Below, in pieces: positions 28,819-43,539 of a stretch of 64,000 nt of DNA. Location of the stretch: assembly GCA_964016885.1 (NCBI GenBank), contig OZ024742.1:110794001-110858000 (forward strand). The letters run 5' to 3'. Made by a program: the position numbers and the translations under genes. Origin of the DNA: Eledone cirrhosa (Eukaryota). A model generated the notes under the pieces. It was not told the origin of the DNA. It saw nothing but the letters and a program-made list of their open reading frames with translations, and made no database searches. The first letter of the stretch is position 1; each line of letters begins with the position of its first letter.

Positions 28819-29579
28819 ATGTAAGTATACATACATGATGGTTATCGCCATCCATTTGTTCAACAGTAGCATCGAGGAACAATCAACATGTTTCTGGGCT
28901 ACTACACTTCACCAGGACTGTATACATCTATGCTACTCGATTGAACAGTTGAAAATATATAGTATTTTCTAAAGTATACATCGGCTGATTAGCCTCATTT
29001 ACATACAGAGCGATTTTACGGTTGGTCTCTCCGAAAATTAAAAACAAAATTAGAATTTTAGTTCTCGCTCTAGCATAACAGACTACATATATATATATAC
29101 ACACATATATATACATATGTAAGTATGGGTTATATCGAATTATATGGGTATAAGTGTACGAAGAAGAAGACACACTCTTATATGTGTGAGTGTGTGGGCT
29201 TTTGGTTATTTGAGGATATTCAAGAACAAGTGTATATAATAGTTGGCGCAGAAAATGGAAATTTGCAGTCAAAATACATAGTTACATGTTTGTGGGTAAA
29301 CACGTCGTTACGAAATATATATAAAAATATGAATAATCAACATGTTTACAACAAATGATATCGGTCTAGGAACGATATCGTCCTTCTAATAAAGGCATAG
29401 TTTTATATTTCCCAAACTGAAAATATGGACGTTTCATATTTGAATCATATTGACGAAGAAACAAGCCAACTTCAATACACAGTGGATGAAGCAGATACGA
29501 AGCAACATTAAACGTATTGAGGTCTCATTCAATTAGAAAAAGTTCGCCATATATTTTCTCCAAACATTCATCAAGTGAA

Positions 29580-29844
29580 TCAACAATAACAACAACAACA
29601 GCAATAGCCACAACATCAACAAGAACTACAGTAGCGACAACAGCCGCGCAATCAACAAGAACCACATCAACAGCAACAGCAACATCAACAGCAAAAACAA
29701 CAACAACAGGAAGTGACGCTCTTAAATTTTGGCACAATAGTAGACTTGTTGAATGACACAGTCACCAGTTCTTCACATTCAGATTCCTATTCATCACATT
29801 GATTGAAAATGTTGAGAGACCAACCACAGCAAACACCACAATTG

Positions 29845-29881
<37 letters not shown>

Positions 29882-29950
29882 CATCATCATCATCATCATC
29901 ATCCTCAACCTCATCCTCCGCCTCATCATCATCATCATCATCATCAATAT
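29580..29950. repeat. Degenerate (CAA)n and (CAT)n trinucleotide repeats
   Basis: Direct observation; these explain the poly-T/S/D/M ORFs. Confidence 0.9.
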
Positions 29951-30059
29951 CATCTATAGCTGGTTCTATTAACATTTCTACCAACTCGATTAACCACTGC
30001 TTTCTTCCTCTATATCTCCACCTTAATCCACCAGTACTACTCACCCTCAATCCAACAGT

Positions 30060-31480
30060 TCTATGAAAGGTCTGTCAAATCTATGAAGCAGCATGTGACC
30101 CACAGTTCAAACACGAAACGCCAAAATATACCATTTCATTCATTTCTCCCGATGCTCTGCACACGCAGTGACTGCATATTCACGCATCTACCTGGGACAA
30201 GACGCACAATTCATATGCACACTACCAGCCAAAGCCAAAGCGCACATTCCACAATAAGACCAACACTACCTAACACTAAATCAAACGTAAACCGGAATCC
30301 TAAAATCTGGCGGTATTCCCAACGCGAGAACTTATGTCTGTAACGTGACTGTCCCATCACTCATCTTCCCGGGACTCGACGCGCTAACAAAAACAGGACT
30401 AACCAGCAGTAAAGTTACCCCTTGCTGCATTAATGCTGGTCCAGACTTTTCATGAAGGTACAAAAACAACCAAAAGTCGAAACTTATCCAACAGTGCAAC
30501 CACGCCTCCAGTCAGCAACTGCTCTCTAAAAGAGTAAACTCTTTTTTTTTAAAGCAATAATGAACCTGGCAAAAGAGATACAAAAAAGCCTTCTACCTAT
30601 CAAACGACGCCAGCCTCTGCTATTACCTTAGTACACTAACTCTCCCAATTGCTGCCACAAACAAACACAAATCAAGCCCCCTGAAACTGTCAAAAACAAC
30701 AACTACTCTATCCTCAACATTTCTACAACACGCACAAGGTGTCAGCCCTTCAAGGAATGCACAAAAGTGAAAGGTCCGATTCATTGAGGATTGGGTTTAC
30801 AACCATCCACTCCACACCCCTTTCTTCATCCACACTGAAACCCATCTCTACAACTCCAGGCTGGAAGCCAGAGTGAAAGTGAGGAATTTTACAACCATCC
30901 GCGCGGATCGTGTCGGAAGAAGGAAGGGAAGAACTGCCATTTTGATGCACAATTCTTTTACAGCAGACGGAAATAACATATTCTTCAATGGCTACTGTGA
31001 ATCAGTCACCATGCACAACAAAGGCCAATGATTTGAAAGTAGTTGGGCTCTATAGGCCACCCCAAACGCTCATACTGTACTTTAAATAATGCTGCAACAG
31101 TGCCATTCTGGTAAAATATTAATGATGGGATACTTCAATCTACCCTGTGTTCATTGGTCTACAAACATTTTGAAACCAGGTTCTTTCACCTCAACCACTG
31201 ACAAAGTAGCAGTTATCACTTCTCGCCTTTATGGATGAGTTTTTCCTGTCTCAAACTTTTCTTGCACCACCAAAATATCAGAAAAAAGATTTTGGACCTA
31301 GAATTTAGTAACCACACTAATATTATACGCAATATTACGGTGAAACAAAGCCCTCTTCTCAGACTAAAACATGGTTGCCTGTAGCCTGAGATTCCCAGAT
31401 AGCAGCAATAAGGTATAAGACTTAGTTAAGGAAACGCAGATCGAATTTTACACATACAGACAAAAGAGCGGACTAGAAAA
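30060..31480 (+). mobile_element. Decayed CR1/Jockey-like LINE: ORF1 Cys/His end plus APE endonuclease
   Basis: Peptides CTRSDCIFTHLPGTRR; TETHLYNSRLEARVKVRNFTTIRADRVGRRKGRTAILM; GLYRPP; MGYFNLPCVHW; LDL. Many stops and frameshifts. Confidence 0.7.
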
Positions 31481-31776
31481 ATGAACTCATATCACATAGA
31501 AGGGGAATATTCAAAGAAGTCTTCCGCTTTCCACTTCTTGTCTATCTTGTACTGACATAAATAACAATTTACTTTATGGGAAACATTAGCTCAAGTCGAC
31601 ACATCCATAGTTCATTAATCGTGTAAATTTAAACACATAATTAACCAAGGGATTCGAACTTACAGCGACGTAGCTGAATACCAACCCTCGTTTTGTGACA
31701 ATGTACTTCCGATTGTTGCCAATATAGCACCCAATTAGCAACAATATTAGTAAAACATAATGAGTACTGGTTGACG

Positions 31777-31863
31777 AAGAAGAAGAAGAAGAAGAAGAAA
31801 GAGGGGAGAAGGAGAAGAAGAGGAATGAGATGAAGAAGGGGAATAAGGAGAAAAGAAGAAGAA

Positions 31864-31894
<31 letters not shown>

Positions 31895-31927
31895 AAGAAG
31901 AAGAAGAAGAAACAACAACAACAACAA
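31777..31927. repeat. (GAA)n/(CAA)n microsatellite
   Basis: Direct observation. Confidence 0.9.
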
Positions 31928-33610
31928 ATTCCAATAATAGCAGTACTTTAAGAAACTACGGAAGTCAGTAAATCGTGCGTAAGAAATACATATATTAAAA
32001 ACTAATTGAAGAAAATATAATCAAGTCACTCGAAATATATGACAAAAGGGTAATAAAACAACGGTAGCAACAACAACAACTAAAGACACAACTCCAAGAA
32101 AGAGATACACTATATAAACATTTACTTTAGAAACAAAAGAAAACAAAAGAAGTTAAAATTCGTAAGACATTGTTCGAGAATGTTTTCGTAAGCATAAAAA
32201 TTACAAATAAATAAGATATAAGAACGAAAACTACACAGACGACAAAAAACCACCACCACCACCACCACCACCACTACCACAACAACAACAACAACAACAG
32301 CAACAAAAATTATCGAAATACCAATATCGACAATGACAGCAAGAGAAACTATACGTAAACTGTAATTGCTGCTAAATAGTTGTAGTTATAACTGAAAAAC
32401 TTATCAATAATTAAACTTTGTGGGTGTTCTTATTATGTTTGTTATATTTTAAATATACGTTCGTTCTTCCTCTTTACTTCTCGTTATCTATTCAATAGGA
32501 AATTGCAATTTCATATTTTAAAAGTTGACCTTTCATGCAGAAATTTGAATATGGAATAAGAAGTAACAAGGAGATCGTTTTTCTAGAATGTTGTTTTAAT
32601 TACTGGTTTCTCTGTAAACAAGTGACACCATTGTTGGAAAGGAAGCCCATGAAACAGAGGCGTTTATAATTCTATGAACGTTGATTCAGACCATACCGTA
32701 TTGATAATAATGAGGTGATATGCTTTGAGTTAAATAGTGTTGCGTGTACGATTTAATTAGACGAGACATCATGCGTACACATATAAACTGTGAAATGGAA
32801 AAAAAACAACTTTACCATTAGAAACACTGTTTTAAAACGTGTATGTATGTATGCATGTATGTCTGTATATATATGCATGTATGCCTGTATGTATGCATGT
32901 ATGTACACATGCATGGATGCATGCATGATATATGTATTTCTATGTTTCTTTGTTTGAACTTACATATGCGTGTATATATGTGCTTTTTTAAAGATTCATC
33001 TACGTTCTTCACTGAACCTATTCCGGCAACTAACACGGTGGCACGGTAGTCTTTTGTTGAGATAAGAGAGGAGAGTACCTCAACCCTTTGGGACTGTTGG
33101 TATCCTCTACTGTGCGGGATATATATCCATGTGTAAGTTTTCGCTGGCTTGATGAGAGTTTTTCCACCTAATTCCATGGTCAAAACTAATCCCTATACTC
33201 CTCAATCTACCGCTTCGTATATGTACGTCTCGCAAATACTTCACATCTCTTGATCAGTAACTAATCTCCCAATCACGTGTCTCCCAATAATCCTAGCTTA
33301 ATTTTAGAAGTTATTTTTTTCACTCAATCAAATCCCTAAAGATATACTATACACCTACCTTATCAGTGTAGAGTTTTGTCATATATACTTCATGGGGAGG
33401 AAAATCTCGATGGCGTTTCTCAGATATTTTAAACCTGCCAAAGCCCCTCCTCCACTAGGTTTAAACACAGCCGATACATCCCAGGGAAAGTGAAGGGGAG
33501 TGGGTGAGAGAGATAGAAAAATAATCGACTCTTCATTTATAGTACTCGTATAGTACTCGTAAGAATAAAACCAAAATCTTGTACTCGACCGGGATCTGAA
33601 CTCAGAGTGC

Positions 33611-33621
33611 AGAGAGAGAGA

Positions 33622-33682
<61 letters not shown>

Positions 33683-33708
33683 CAGAGAGAGAGAGGGAGA
33701 GAGAGAGA

Positions 33709-33765
<57 letters not shown>
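33611..33765. repeat. (AG)n microsatellite
   Basis: Direct observation. Confidence 0.95.
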
Positions 33766-33767
<2 letters not shown>

Positions 33768-36228
33768 CATTTTATCCAACATTCTAACTATTCACCGCTT
33801 TCATTATATCTCACCTAGCCCAAACATTTGAATAACTCTGATCAACACAGAAACAGCAAAGTGAAGAAGCCGACGACCTCTGGGGAACTTCGAAGTCACT
33901 GCCAAATTTTTTTTTGGAAAATAAAACTCGAAGTTTGTTCTATGAACATTTAGGTATAAACACCTCCTTTTATATATATATAAATATATCCCCCCGTCTA
34001 TCTCTCTATCTCTATCTCTCTTTATCTATATATCTATTTATCTATCAATCTATCGCTCTATCTATCTAACTTTTTGTCTGTCTGTCTGTCTCTCTTGCTC
34101 TCTATCTTTCTAACTATCTACTTATTTACCACTGTATGTGTGTGTGTGCGTGCGCGCACGTGCATTCAGCATATATCAAATGAAAAAAAATAGTTAGTTT
34201 GATATGAATACTTTTAGAATCGCTGTAAAATGTTCCCAATGTGTAAACAATAACGCACTTAGCTGCCAGGTAGGAATATCGTGTAGACCATCGATTTGTT
34301 GGTGTACAGTTAATTAATACGCACTGCCAACTTTGCACTACTATGTCTGTAAGGTCATGTCTCTTCTGATACCTTTATACTTTCTAGATAATAGCGATCA
34401 TTAATGTTGTCTCGGCAAACAGGACTGAGTTATCGAGTCTGATGATGGAGTAACAGAAGCCGAAACTAATTTGATTGGTCGATTCGGTGTCTCCGTTTGC
34501 TCGCTACAAATGCTAAGTTTCTGCATGGGTTATACATTTTCAAACAGAATAAAATTATGCATTATGCTTATTAAAAAGAGATGGTAATATATAAACTTAC
34601 ATATGGCATATTATGGATTTTTATGTATTAAATTTAACATTCTAAATTAGAATTTGAACAGAATAAAGGAACCAATACGAGAGAGCTTGTTCTTGTTTTA
34701 TTCTCAGAATAATGCAATAAATATTTTACATAATACGCAACGCACACTCTCCTACATTCACAAACCCACACTGATACCCACGTATAAACATGCTTATATG
34801 TCTATGTGTTTAGGTGTGAGTATTCTAATGAATATATGTGAGAGTTGGTATGTAAATCAACTAATGGACCACCCGATGATAATTATACTAAGATTAATAT
34901 CTGACTTATTATTTACAAAATATAATACATCATATTAGGTCTAGTTTGCTTTGAAGTTTTGTGATAGTGATTTTTTGGTAGTTCTTAAATAATAAATGTG
35001 GTACTCTTTGCAACTTTGATTTGCTGCAGATACATATAAATGAATTGAACAGACTACTGCATGCTTAATTTTGCATGCAGTAGTCTGTTCAATTAACTGA
35101 ACGCCAAAAAGGTAAAAAAATATGCAATCTCTTTGTAATTATTTGAATTTATCTGTAATAAGCAAAATTTCGTCTAAAACGGTTAAGTAGTTTCAGCGTC
35201 GGTTAGAATGAGATGCGATATTTATGCGGCCCTGTGGTATGCCCATTTCCTTCATGCTTTTCTTGTTTTCGATGACGAGAAATAAAATAATTAAATATTG
35301 GTGTCGGTTCCTCTTTGTTTTCTATTTCTTTTTCTATTTCTATTTCTTTCCTCTCTCTTTCTTTCTCTTTGAATTGGCTATAGCCGGTGTCTTGTATAAT
35401 AATTAGAAGAAGGAGTGGAATGAAATAATTGCTATAGACAGAACAATGGTGACTTGTGTAATAATCAGACGAAACAGGGCAATGAGATACTACCTTTATA
35501 TTCTCATAAATAAACTCCTTGACAATCCCATTGTACTTGTCAAAGAGGTCACATTATTGTTGTTCCTCGACTGGTTTTCGCTGAACATAATAATCACACT
35601 GGACATCACTCCTCACCAACACCCACATAATTCATTCAACTGGTAGAGTTATCTGACAAAAGGCATTATGGGACTTGTCACGGCTCATGGCATTCTGAGT
35701 TCAAATATCACTGATGTCAACTGTAATCCTTTCGGGTTCAATCAAATAATGTATCAGTTCAGGGAAGTGGATTGGATGAAGTGTTAGAGCATAAAGATGC
35801 ATTTCAGTACTTCTTCCGATTCTTTGTTCTGAAATCCCAACTACTTGTGTGGCATATGTAATCCTTGGTCTGGCTTTATTCCAAGTATTTGGGTCTGATC
35901 TCCAGCCTGAGCCCACTTTTCTCCATGCCTTCCACCAAACTCGGAAGCCTCGAAAATTATGTTGATCATTTAATTATTTTCGTGATTAAACATCTAATTC
36001 TAAATGAAATTCTTTGTATATTTACTTTTCCACTACATTAGCAACGGCATCACTTTCGTTGTCTACTTGTACTTTGATCAACTTCTTTATTCCCAGACAT
36101 AAGAAAGTGCCTAGAAAGTTTAGATACTGCAATTCTCACAGTGAATATACTGATTGAATTCTATGTATTCTTTGGTGTATTTACCATGAAAGAGTGCAAC
36201 ATAATACTGGTGTGTTTCTATATAGTAG

Positions 36229-36332
<104 letters not shown>

Positions 36333-37423
36333 TCGTCGTTATTAGAAGTTATTTCGGCGAATGTTCGCTCATATTATCTAATCAGTCTGTTTCGAAAGTA
36401 TTCAAAGAATAAACTGTCTCATATTTGTTTCCTGTCTTATTCTTTAGCCTTCAAGTATTAATGAACTGAAGTAACATCGGTGCATATAAGTAAATGATAA
36501 CGAATGTTGGTAACTTTAATTTCAGTAAACGTTTATGAGACGAGTCTTGATAGTATTCTGGCAAGACAAATAGATGACAGCAGAATGTTAGATGTATATG
36601 ACTTTTAAATATGTTTTATTATTTTATTTATATAACGGATGTAGGGTTTCTGATATAACAAAATCTTGTGGCTGTCACATATTTCAAATTAATACCACTG
36701 TTAGTTGTAATATCAACAAGATACCGCTAATTGTATTCTACTCTTATCATTAGTAATATCATCCTCACTATCATGATAATGATCATCATTTTTATTAGTT
36801 TTATTACTATTAATATTACAAGTGGTTTTATTAGTAGTAGTACATTTCAAAATATATCTACACAAAGATAATAGCTAGCCTAATGGTATTCACTTCACTC
36901 ATACCTCTTAACTAAAAATACAGAAAACAGAAAGTTACGTAACTTATTCGTCTGGACCTGATTCAATTTGTTCCGCTTAGTTTTCATCTATTTTATTGAC
37001 AAGTTTACTGAGTACATATGGCTATATCCCTGCTCGTGTTACTTAGCAATCTTACGTGTCTGAATGTTATTTTCAGCCAAACATTTCAAACAGAAAGTGC
37101 TTTAAATTTAGATCTAGCGGAATATTTCTTTAATCATATACATTTTGAAAATGAACAATAGCTGCAATCTTAAAAAAAAAAATTGAAATAATAAGAAATA
37201 AAAGAAATCTTTTGTTATTTTTCCAAATACACCTTCACGTGTGCTAGCGTGTGTCTGAATTTGTATGTGGAAACAGAATAAAATATGAAAGAAAGCTCGT
37301 GCACACCACAAAAAATTAATATACAGTTTCAAACACGCCTACACATGCAATATTTCTCTCTCTCTCTCCCTCTCTCTCTCCCTCCTCACTCTGTCTTTCT
37401 CTCTCTCCCCTCCCCCTCTCTCT

Positions 37424-37477
<54 letters not shown>

Positions 37478-37671
37478 ATATATATCGTTATAAATAAAAC
37501 GCAAGTGTTATATGACAACCAGTTTTTGCTACATTTGTTGGGTAGCTACATTTGTGCTGACAAGATGATCAGTATTCATCTATTAACAGCTACTAATCTG
37601 CATCTTCGCAAGATAAATGTAAATGCATTTATCTATCTCTATCTGTCTATTTTACTAGCTACTTTTCAATT

Positions 37672-37825
37672 TACCTACCTACCTACCTACCTACCTACCT
37701 ACCTACCTACCTACCTACCTACCTACCTACCTACCTACCTACCTACCTACCTACCTACCTACCTACCTACCTACCTACCTACCTACCTACCTACCTACCT
37801 ACCAATCTACCAACCTACCTATCTA
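37672..37825. repeat. (CTAC)n tetranucleotide repeat
   Basis: Direct observation; source of the LPTY-repeat ORF. Confidence 0.95.
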
Positions 37826-38099
37826 CTTACTTCTCTATCAAGCTATAGATCAGTATATTTATCTATCTACCTTCTGCCTGTTTCTCCATATGTCTGTTTG
37901 TCTGACTGCTGACTGTCTAACTATAGTTATCTAGGTGTATATACCAATGTATCTATCTTCGGACAAGAAGTCTTGGTGTCAGGGGGAAGATCGTGTACAA
38001 CCGAGGATTCAAGAATCTTTACATGGAATATTGTATTAAGTTGCATATTTGTTACTATTCACACATAGTACTATATGTAAATATATATGTATGTGCATT

Positions 38100-38162
<63 letters not shown>

Positions 38163-38189
38163 GCACACACACAAACACACACACACACG

Positions 38190-38223
<34 letters not shown>

Positions 38224-38601
38224 CATGTATGTATGTATCTATGTGTACAAATGCACATACATATATATTGACCTATAGTATAATACCCGTAACAATGACG
38301 AGGTGTATAGTAACAAATATACAATGTATGTGTGTGTATGTTAAGAGGTGCGCTAGCAACCGAATTGTGTGATAAACCTATATCTGTATACATACAGAGT
38401 GTGTAAACGAGACTGCATCAACGTGTATAAATATATATACTTATCTATAACTAGCAGAGGTATCCGGCGGTGCTCGGGTATTAAATAGCAGTCATGTATA
38501 GCATTCATGTCAATACTTCAGTGCTGCTTCGAAAACTATACTTGTACGAAATCATCGGCTTTTTCCAAAAGAAGGTTGCTGCCGCCAGGAGTCCCCTACA
38601 C

Positions 38602-38911
38602 CAGTGCTACTCAAAGTGGTGGTCCGCGGACCAGTGCCGGTACGCGAGCCATCAGCTACCGGTACGTGGCCAGTGTCCAGGCCATGCTAAGGAATCATTT
38701 GAGGAATTTTTTTTATTACTTTTTTATATGTTTTGATATTGTATTATTTGTTTATAAAATAAATAGAAGATAAAAAAATGGTCAACTATTATTATATTCA
38801 TTATATATATCGTTTCCGGTATAAATTAATATTACTACGAAATATTAGCGGTACGTGGCACATTGAAAAAAAAATGCCAGTCCACCACATCAGATAGTTT
38901 GAGAAGCACTG
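38602..38911. mobile_element. hAT (Charlie-like) MITE
   Basis: TIRs CAGTGCTACTCAAA / TTTGAGAAGCACTG, with a perfect 8-bp TSD CCCTACAC at 38594-38601 and 38912-38919. Confidence 0.93.
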
Positions 38912-41900
38912 CCCTACACAACATGTGCCATTTGATAAGAATATATACCCATTTGCTGAGTATTTTTCTGTAATAAACGCACTCATTTGCATATTAGCGC
39001 TTGTATTGGTAATTAATTAAGAAATGCGCTAGCATCCGAAGTGTGTGATGAAGTTATGTCTGTATAAACACAGAATGTGTAACCGTTCGTGCAGTCTCGG
39101 TTACACACTAGTATGTTGTGCACCAAAATATTTGCTTTTATATCCATGGAAACAAACATCTACGGATTAAGCAATGGCTGTAGACGAATAAGTGATTGGA
39201 CGTTTGACAAGCGGGAGATCATGTGTGAAACGGCGTTGATCACAGTTCTACTCAATTAAGAGTAACCTGGTAGTAAATAACAATAGTAAGTAACAACAGC
39301 AACAATCAAATTAAAAACAAAAATACCAATTCATGACTTGAGCCCAGTTCCCTTAATTCATACTAGTTTCTTTCAACCAATATATAGACAAATGAGGTCA
39401 CATCTTTGTTGTACCTGAACATAAGAAATATTAATTACATATCATTTAAACTGTTCCTTGCAGTTTTATAAAAAAGAAAAAAAAAACATAATGAAAAATG
39501 TAGCCCTGGATTCACTTGCCTGAAGAAATGGGGATAACTACAGCCGTAAAGCCTTTAGCCACAGCTATGTCTGAGCTCAAAGCAAGACAAGGGCTACAAG
39601 TCAATAAAAATATTTAACAAATAAAAATTTAAAATGTATTTCAATAATCATTAGTAACTACAATAAAACCCTATGTTCCTCAGATATGGAATATTGAACA
39701 CGGTAGTCATTTCCTGTTAGCTGAATAAAAAAAAATGTACAGGATTGGTATTTTCACATAGAATTAGAGAGAAGTTAAAGTGAAAGTTGGCACTGGATAG
39801 ATTTCCAAATCAAAGGACACTGTAATAGGATTGTTGTTTGGTGCTTCACTTCGTTTCTGCCAATCCATTATCCTTTCATAATAACATTCGTAATTATACT
39901 ATATTTTCCGACATCACAGAAACATTTCAAGCACACACACACAGAGATCACGCACGCACGCACACACACACATATATATATATATGATGCAGACAGATGT
40001 AATTATACCCATATCTAAAGTATGTTTAAAAATATTTTCCAGAGTTTGCTTACAATTTCTGATATATTTTCATTAAATCGAAACAACGTTACTTAATGGA
40101 TTGAATTGTGAACATTCACAATCTTTCATAACACTATATTCAATAGCAAACCTACTTTTATGTTGGTCCCATTATCGTTTTTTTCTAGATAATGCACTTA
40201 GTGGTATGGAAATGTTTCATGTAATAGATAGTATCAGTGAACAAGACTTATTTTGTAAGTCTGAGAATGACGTCGATTAAATTAACGAAGTTATTTTACC
40301 AACTCGCACTAGAGCATCTACGTGTTTACTATATCTGTTGTATATAGCAACCTGGTCACCCTCAAATTATCCCACTATCATTTTAAACGAGGTAATATAT
40401 TGTATTACGTAATTCAATTCCTACGATAACAGCTGGTAACATCTGGAATATATTTCATATTAGGTCGTCCCAATCAAGGCTGACCTGAGACTAAAAAATG
40501 CTACGTACAAGCCCATATGTTATAAATAGCAGTCAAAACTCCCTGTATTAAAAACAAAACAAAACAAATGAATATTTTGGGTATTTAATCATGATACTTC
40601 TGAACAGACTGTAACTAATGGCACACCTTTGACCATATGTCTGTTGGCTCAACTTCACAATGCCTTTAAGCAACTGTTTGCTTTACGTGCCGAGCACTAC
40701 CGTAAGAAGAACCATGATCTTTACTGATATACCACATATAAAATGCTATTATGTGGTATAGAAATAAAATATACAATCTTTAATGTGGTAATGTTCGGTG
40801 TCTCCAAGAAATAGTCCTTTTTCACGATGACATTCCATAGAATCATCTGACACCTTCTTATAGTACAGTTTGTGGTTTTGGTAATCCTATTATTGTTATA
40901 TTTGTGTATTTTGTCCTTTGTTGTTAGTTATAGTAGATTTAGTATTACATTTTAAGCCCTCACTTTCTAATTATCATCATTTTAGTGGTAACGCCTGTTT
41001 CTCTATTGTAAATAACGGTATGTTGCAAGCTTTCAGGTTAAGTCCCCATTCGTTTACGAATACCGGCCTCCCTCCATCCACAAATATTGAAAACCTGGAA
41101 ATAGTCATACCTGCTGCTATCCTCCTCTAAATAAGGTATGCAAAATAATAAAAAAAGTGAAAAGTTAACTCAGTTAGAAAGTTAGTCAGTACAAGGTACT
41201 GTGCCAAGGTAGTATTTTCATTCACTATCTGTAGGTAAAAAATCTCGACCCCGAATCTATTAAAGAAGTGGGAATTATATATTTGGTCAACTCCATACAT
41301 GTTTCTATTATTCTTTACTCGATGTATTATCATAAACTAAAGTAAGCAATTTATGTATGTAGTTGTGGATTAGCCCCAGGTCAATTGTGATCGAGAAGAC
41401 ATGTACAAAGGCATCACATTTTTTTATGGCTTCCTAGGAGTGCATTATTTAATTTTTTCCATTTTTGTTTCCAATTTTCCGCTAGAGTTGTGGAATATTT
41501 GGCTGCTGTTTTTAGCACATGGACCAGCTACACATACGCTCTCTTTTGGCTCAATGAAATTATTATTATCTGGAGAAGTTGGAGGAGGGTAAGATGGTAA
41601 GACAGAGTAAGAGTGTGACAGAAAATGGCAAATATTTTGAAGAAAGAAATATCATGAGATCATGAAATAAAATGATATAGCATGGGAACTCACAAAGGTA
41701 CAATTATCATTTAACCTTCATGACTTCTCAGCCACCTCTATTTCTCCGTAGGGAATAATGTTTCAGGTTAAATGTTTGTTCTAACATAGATCAGTAATGG
41801 AATCCGTAGCTTAAAATAAGCCAGTAGAAATTTTATATTGTTTAATTATGTTCAGATTCAATTTCAGATATCCCTTTTGGATGAAATGTGAGTAGAATGT

Positions 41901-42247
41901 TTGGAATGTTCTAGAAACTAAGGTGAGCGGGTCATGAGTTATTGCTTTCATATTAAAGACAATCTCTATAACTTTGCCAAATTAAATGTCTCTAGCACGT
42001 GAATTGAGTGTGTAATAGTAGGAATTTTAAGCGCATCTACTTCACCATACATACACTTAGTTATCTATCTATCCTGCATAATTTAAAGATTCGATAGTGT
42101 TTGGCAGTGAACGAAAATCGAAGAATTTTCAATGATCTTTTGAAAATAGTTGTAACTGGCTAAGTCTAAATCATTCGAATAATTAAATTACAGTTATTGT
42201 TTCGATATTTTGAGCAATGTATATTTGCAGAATATTATTTCAAAAGG

Positions 42248-42435
42248 GCGGTGGATTGGCAGTATCGGTAGAGAGTCGGACGCCATGCTTTCCAGCATAG
42301 TTACGTCCCTTTACGGTCTGAGTTCAAATCCCGCCGAGGTTTACTTTGCCTTTCATCCTTACGGGGTCGATAAAATAAAGTACCAGTAATGTACTGGGTA
42401 ATTGCTGGCCTTGTGCCTAAAGTAGAAACAATTAT
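42248..42435 (+). mobile_element. SINE family A copy, full length
   Basis: Nearly identical to 13009 and 55259. Confidence 0.9.
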
Positions 42436-43539
42436 TTCAAAATATATTGAAATGGCTTTGAAATAATGAGTAAAAGACACTGATAATAAAATTTACTCTC
42501 TGATGTTTTCTACATAATATGCATAACTACTAATATCTCGGTATAATTACTTTTCAGTCGTATGGAAAAAATTACATGTCAATCTGTAACCTACGGAATT
42601 AGCCGAAACAGGTTCAATAGGATCACGTCTAATACGAAATGTGTATAATTATTTCTTTACTTTATTTATTCGTAGTATATCCTTCCCACAGTTACAGTTT
42701 CACCATCACTACAGCTTTAGCTCTACAGAGAAGTCATTGTTTTACATCAGATGATAGATGAATCACAGCCATTAGTTTAGAAATAAAGGGTTCGCGTTGG
42801 AATGGAGTAATGTATTATGTACTTATGCAGTAATAAAACTCCTGATAACAATCGGAGATCAAACTAATCAAAAGTTGTGTCCTGTTTTAAGTACACATTT
42901 AGTAATGAAATACCTTATGCCAATCGGAGAATGATCCAAACCTAAAACATTTTATATATAAATTGTAAAATATTCTTCATCTCTAAAGCTATGGTCAAGT
43001 AGCCGACCTGAACTAATTACTGATATTTATATATTTATATATTTACTTCTTCACAATAAAATTTACTGTTCCCTATTACCTATAAGTTTTAAGAACTAAA
43101 TTCTATCATCGTAACAAACAAGATCATGTATTTATAAAAACAATATATATTTCATGTTACAATTTATGAACAATGCCATCATTCGGTACATGCATGCAGG
43201 CATATATGGAACAAATCTCTTCCTGCTCTGTGGTGACCTACCTTTTCTGCCCCAATGCCTACATAATTTACCCCATTGCATAACATATGAGACGAGGTCA
43301 TATATGAGAACAAGAATACTTGATTAGTATTGTTCCAGAAAGTGAACTTTGGATGAAAATGGCGTTGTATCTCTACTAATATTCAAATAGAATAGAACAG
43401 TGTATTTATGTGGGAGAAGACGACAAATACCACGAAATATAAAATACTAAAAATAATCAATTCAAAACACACGTTTTTTATCATTAAAATCCAGCAGCAA
43501 TAAATCAAATAACAAATCGTCCGGGATGATGAGGCGTAA

